A stretch of DNA of 64,000 bases from Candidatus Omnitrophota bacterium. GTDB lineage: Bacteria > Omnitrophota > Gorgyraeia > Gygaellales > Profunditerraquicolaceae. Shown here piece after piece: positions 60,802 through 64,000 of this stretch (position 1 is its first letter; every line of letters begins with the position of its first letter). Both the position numbers and the translations under genes were made by a program. The notes below the pieces were generated by a model that saw nothing but the letters and a program-made list of their open reading frames with translations, was not told where the DNA came from and searched no databases. Where the stretch lies: NCBI GenBank assembly GCA_025453395.1, contig JALOQK010000005.1, positions 12,684 through 76,683 of the forward strand, written 5' to 3'.

Positions 60802-61667
60802 CCTTTAAAGAAAAATTGCAGGCAGGAAAGTTTTTGGTGACCTCGGAGATTGGGCCGCCAAAGGGGATTGAAACCGCGCAAATTTTAGAAGATGCTGAAC
60901 TTATTCGTAACAGAGTTGATGCCTACAATGTTACGGATTTGCAGAGTTCAGTGATGCGCTTAAGTTCCTTTGGTATGTGTGTCGCCTTAAAGCAAAAAGG
61001 CTTTGAGCCGATCTTACAGGTAACTTGCCGTGATAAGAATCGTTTGGCGCTGCAATCAGAATTATTGTCTGCCGCAAGCTTAGGTATAGAAAATGTTTTA
61101 ATCTTAACCGGTGATCATCCGTCGCTTGGGGATCATCCTGATGCCAAACCAGTGTTTGACCTTGATTCGGTGCAGTTGTTGCAGGCCGCCAAAAAGCTAC
61201 AGCAGGGTGAGGATATGAAGGGAAATAAGCTTATTGGAAAACCCCCAAGCTTTTGTCTTGGCGCGGTAGTTAATCCCGGTGCTGACCCTCTGGAACCGCA
61301 GGTCATGAAGATGGAAAAGAAAATTGAAGCGGGAGCAGAATTTCTTCAGACCCAGGCAGTTTATGATGTTAAACTTTTTGAGAATTTCTTAAATAAAACC
61401 AAGCATTTGAAGACTCCAGTTATGGCCGGGATTGTTTTATTAAAGTCTGCTGGGATGGCGCGCTATATGAATAAAAATGTCCCTGGGGTCTTTGTGCCGG
61501 AGGATTTAATTAAGGAGATGGAAGCTACTAAAGATAAACAAGCTACTTGCGTGGAAATTGCCGCGCGCCTGATCAAAGAACTAAAACCCATGTGCCAAGG
61601 AATACATATTATGTCTATCGGATGGGATAAAGTCGTTCCGAGAGTTTTAGATGCAAGCGGCCTATAA
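60798..61667 (+). CDS. metF: Methylenetetrahydrofolate reductase
   Basis: EIGPPKG, NVTD, TCRDKNR, LTGDHP, KKIEAGAEFLQTQ, GIHIM. Confidence 0.93.
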   Translation: MTFKEKLQAGKFLVTSEIGPPKGIETAQILEDAELIRNRVDAYNVTDLQSSVMRLSSFGMCVALKQKGFEPILQVTCRDKNRLALQSELLSAASLGIENVLILTGDHPSLGDHPDAKPVFDLDSVQLLQAAKKLQQGEDMKGNKLIGKPPSFCLGAVVNPGADPLEPQVMKMEKKIEAGAEFLQTQAVYDVKLFENFLNKTKHLKTPVMAGIVLLKSAGMARYMNKNVPGVFVPEDLIKEMEATKDKQATCVEIAARLIKELKPMCQGIHIMSIGWDKVVPRVLDASGL

Positions 61668-61669
61668 AA

Positions 61670-61796
61670 TAATAATTAATAACCAAACACCAAATAAGTT
61701 CCAATAATCAATACTCAATTTACCAAACAGGTTTGGTTATTGATAATTGGTGTTTGATTATTATTTGGTTATTGGGAAAATTGGTCATTGGTTATT
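61670..61796. repeat. Empty family A element
   Basis: taataac caaacac caaataagttc caataat caatact caatttac caaaca-g-gtttg gttattg ataattg gtgtttg attattatttg ... Confidence 0.9.
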
Positions 61797-61810
61797 AAAA
61801 CGAATATATT

Positions 61811-62596
61811 ATGAAGATAATTATCATTGGAGATACCTTGGCTGCTTTTTCTGCCTGCGAGTTTTTCTTAGGCAAGAAATGTGAAGTTACCATAGTTACG
61901 CAAAATGCTTTTCTTCCTTATAGCCGGGATAAGCTTCTTGAGTACACAACCGACAAAATAAAGGAGAAAGAGCTTTATTTTGCCAACGAGGATTTTTATA
62001 AAAGTAATCAGGTGCAGATTATCCGCGACAAGCAATTAAACCGCATTGATGAAAGAAAAAAGAAAGTCTTCCTGAAAGATGGCCCGGTATTGGATTATGA
62101 TCAAGTGTTTAATTTTTCTCTTCCCAAAGTAAATTTACCAGAAATAGCCGGCAAGCATAAAAAAGGCGTGTTTCTTTTCTCTAATTTAGAGTCAGCCAAA
62201 GAAATCAAACAGCGTATGGCTATATCTGACGTTGCCTGCATTATCGGAACAAGCCAGAAAATAAAAACAATCGCCGCGCATCTATTGGAGAGAAAAAGGG
62301 AAGTCAAGATCATGACGCTTGAGGATCCCCAGATAGAGGCGCATGATAATTTGGAATGGATTCACGATGAAAATCCGCTTGAATTTATCGGCGACGGAGA
62401 GCTTCAGGCCATAAAACTTAACAGCAAAAAAGTCATAGCCGTAGATATTGCTATTTTCTTTCAAGATAATCTTAAAACTGACGAAGAATTAAAACAAGAA
62501 GGTCTAAATAAAATACAGGAGAATGTCCCGACGCCACAGACTGATGAGGCTAGCGCCGGAGGTCAAAAACAGGGGGTAACATGTCAGACGTCTTAA
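61811..62596 (+). CDS. Degenerate pyridine nucleotide-disulfide oxidoreductase-like protein (NirB/rubredoxin reductase fold)
   Basis: KIIIIG, LPYSR, DFYKSN, LDYD, LPEIAG..GVF; the glycine-rich motifs are eroded. Confidence 0.65.
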   Translation: MKIIIIGDTLAAFSACEFFLGKKCEVTIVTQNAFLPYSRDKLLEYTTDKIKEKELYFANEDFYKSNQVQIIRDKQLNRIDERKKKVFLKDGPVLDYDQVFNFSLPKVNLPEIAGKHKKGVFLFSNLESAKEIKQRMAISDVACIIGTSQKIKTIAAHLLERKREVKIMTLEDPQIEAHDNLEWIHDENPLEFIGDGELQAIKLNSKKVIAVDIAIFFQDNLKTDEELKQEGLNKIQENVPTPQTDEASAGGQKQGVTCQTS

Positions 62597-64000
62597 TCCA
62601 GTTAGGTGAAAAAGGAAATCAAGCGGTGTTTGGTTTGACCAAAGATTCTCTTGAAAAGACAATCAAAGAAAAAGGCGAAACCACCGCTATTAGTTTTCCG
62701 GAAACCAATTATTTTTTCCCCCTTGCCAATGCATTACTTAAAATGGAAGTTAAGACTTTAGCGGATTGCCGCCTTGTTTTAAAACAGGTAGAGGCAATAC
62801 ATAAAAATTTACCTGCTTCTAACGGCATGAAATTAGAAGCCTTAGGAGGAGTTTTGCATAAAGGTTTAGGCACGCTTTTATGTGAAGAAGTTTTAGCTAG
62901 TTTAGAATATCTATACGGCAGGCACCCCAAGCAGGGAGCGGGATTCTTATCAGATACGCTTTTGCGCGCTTTAGGCATTCAGCTTGTAGACGGAAGAATT
63001 GCCGGCATCGCGGTTATTTTGGGCCCGGCGAAAGATGCTGAATCAGCGGTCAAGTTAGTGCGCGATTTTCAAAGTAGAAGCATCGTCAGCCTTTTGGTTG
63101 GAAATGTTAGCGGTAACACTTTTCAAAAGCAGCTTGAAAGCCAGAAAGTGGAAATCGGTTTAGACAATTATGTGGTTTCTTTAGGCGATGACTATCTCTC
63201 AGTAATTTACGCGGTGAACTGGGCGGTGCGCGCGGCCTTAATGTACGGCGGGCAAAAAAGCGGGCAGTGGAAGGAAATCCTTAATTACACCAAGGAAAAG
63301 GTCCCGGCTTTTGTAGTTTTGTTAAATCATGTGGATGAAGTAATTGTGGCTACCGGCCTTGGTGCTTTGGCCATGGGTTTTCCGATTATAAGCGACCTTG
63401 ATGTGCCGCAGGTGGGCAAGATCGATACTACTCTTTATGAAGCGCTTGTGGTTGAAAAGGATTATAGCAAATTAGCCGCAAAATGCGTGGAGGCCAGGGG
63501 ATTGAAAGTCAAAGTTACCAATATTCCCATTCCGGTTTCTTACGCGGCAGCCTTTGAGGGTGAGCGGGTGCGCAAAGAAAACCTGCATGCTGAATTTGGC
63601 GGCAAGGCAAGCACTGCCTTTGAATTCTTGTTTATGCGCAATTTAAATGAAGTGGAAGACGGGAAGATTGAACTTATTGGGCCGGATGTGGATAATCTGC
63701 CGGCAGGAAAGAAGTCTTTACCGCTTGCTATTATTGTAGAAGTTGCCGGAAGAAAGATGCAAAAAGATTTTGAGCCGATCTTAGAGCGGCAAATCCACCG
63801 TTTTGTGAATTACGCCATGGGCTTAATGCACGTGGGCCAGCGGGAAATGAACTGGATCCGTATTTCTAAGGATGCTTTTGTTAAAGGTTTTCGCCTGAAG
63901 CATATCGGGGTTATCCTGCATGCGATGTTGCATCAGGAATATAGCGCAATTGTAGATAAAGTGCAGGTCAAGCTATATACTAAAATAGAAGACGTAGGGC
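62581..64000 (+). CDS. acsB: Acetyl-CoA synthase (CODH/ACS catalytic subunit), partial; missing from the ORF track
   Basis: Open from ATG 62581 (SD AGGGGG) to the window end. My translation gives FPETNYFFP, LRALGIQLVDG, AFEGERVRK, EFGG, VEDGKIELIGPD, AGRKMQKDFEPILERQIH, HVGQR and WIRISK. Confidence 0.94.
   Translation, partial: MSDVLIQLGEKGNQAVFGLTKDSLEKTIKEKGETTAISFPETNYFFPLANALLKMEVKTLADCRLVLKQVEAIHKNLPASNGMKLEALGGVLHKGLGTLLCEEVLASLEYLYGRHPKQGAGFLSDTLLRALGIQLVDGRIAGIAVILGPAKDAESAVKLVRDFQSRSIVSLLVGNVSGNTFQKQLESQKVEIGLDNYVVSLGDDYLSVIYAVNWAVRAALMYGGQKSGQWKEILNYTKEKVPAFVVLLNHVDEVIVATGLGALAMGFPIISDLDVPQVGKIDTTLYEALVVEKDYSKLAAKCVEARGLKVKVTNIPIPVSYAAAFEGERVRKENLHAEFGGKASTAFEFLFMRNLNEVEDGKIELIGPDVDNLPAGKKSLPLAIIVEVAGRKMQKDFEPILERQIHRFVNYAMGLMHVGQREMNWIRISKDAFVKGFRLKHIGVILHAMLHQEYSAIVDKVQVKLYTKIEDVG

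Overview
This is a bacterial chromosomal window of mostly housekeeping genes. Every credible gene (about 60) is on the + strand. The order is: aroC-spoVG-aroK-dprA-(four-helix-bundle gene)-topA-xerC; a large LPS block (waaA, lpxK, an LpxL fusion, GT4/GT9 enzymes, heptose kinase, kdsB/A/D/C, lptCA, lptB); tig-clpP; serine genes; a Re-citrate-synthase-like enzyme; purA; DUF4912-GH57; uppS-cdsA-dxr-rseP-ispG-cpaF-proS-rimP-nusA-infB; trpS-scpA-ruvB; queH-spoIID-queA-tgt-trmD-rplS-rnhB-yraN; and a C1/Wood-Ljungdahl block (fchA, folD, metF, acsB running off the end). The content suggests an anaerobic diderm, and Ca. Omnitrophota is my inference. I found no rRNA, tRNA, CRISPR or transposase. The main unexplained signal is about 20 loci of degenerate period-7 repeats in several sequence families. 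They form inverted arms around a four-helix-bundle (IVP/Avd-like) gene, occur as empty arm-to-arm hairpins between genes, and occur as in-frame insertions in conserved proteins (IspG, TrmD, LptC, glycosyltransferases, AroK, a signal peptide). A second layer consists of GC-rich nested hairpin elements and a triplicated 3' end of a DMT gene.
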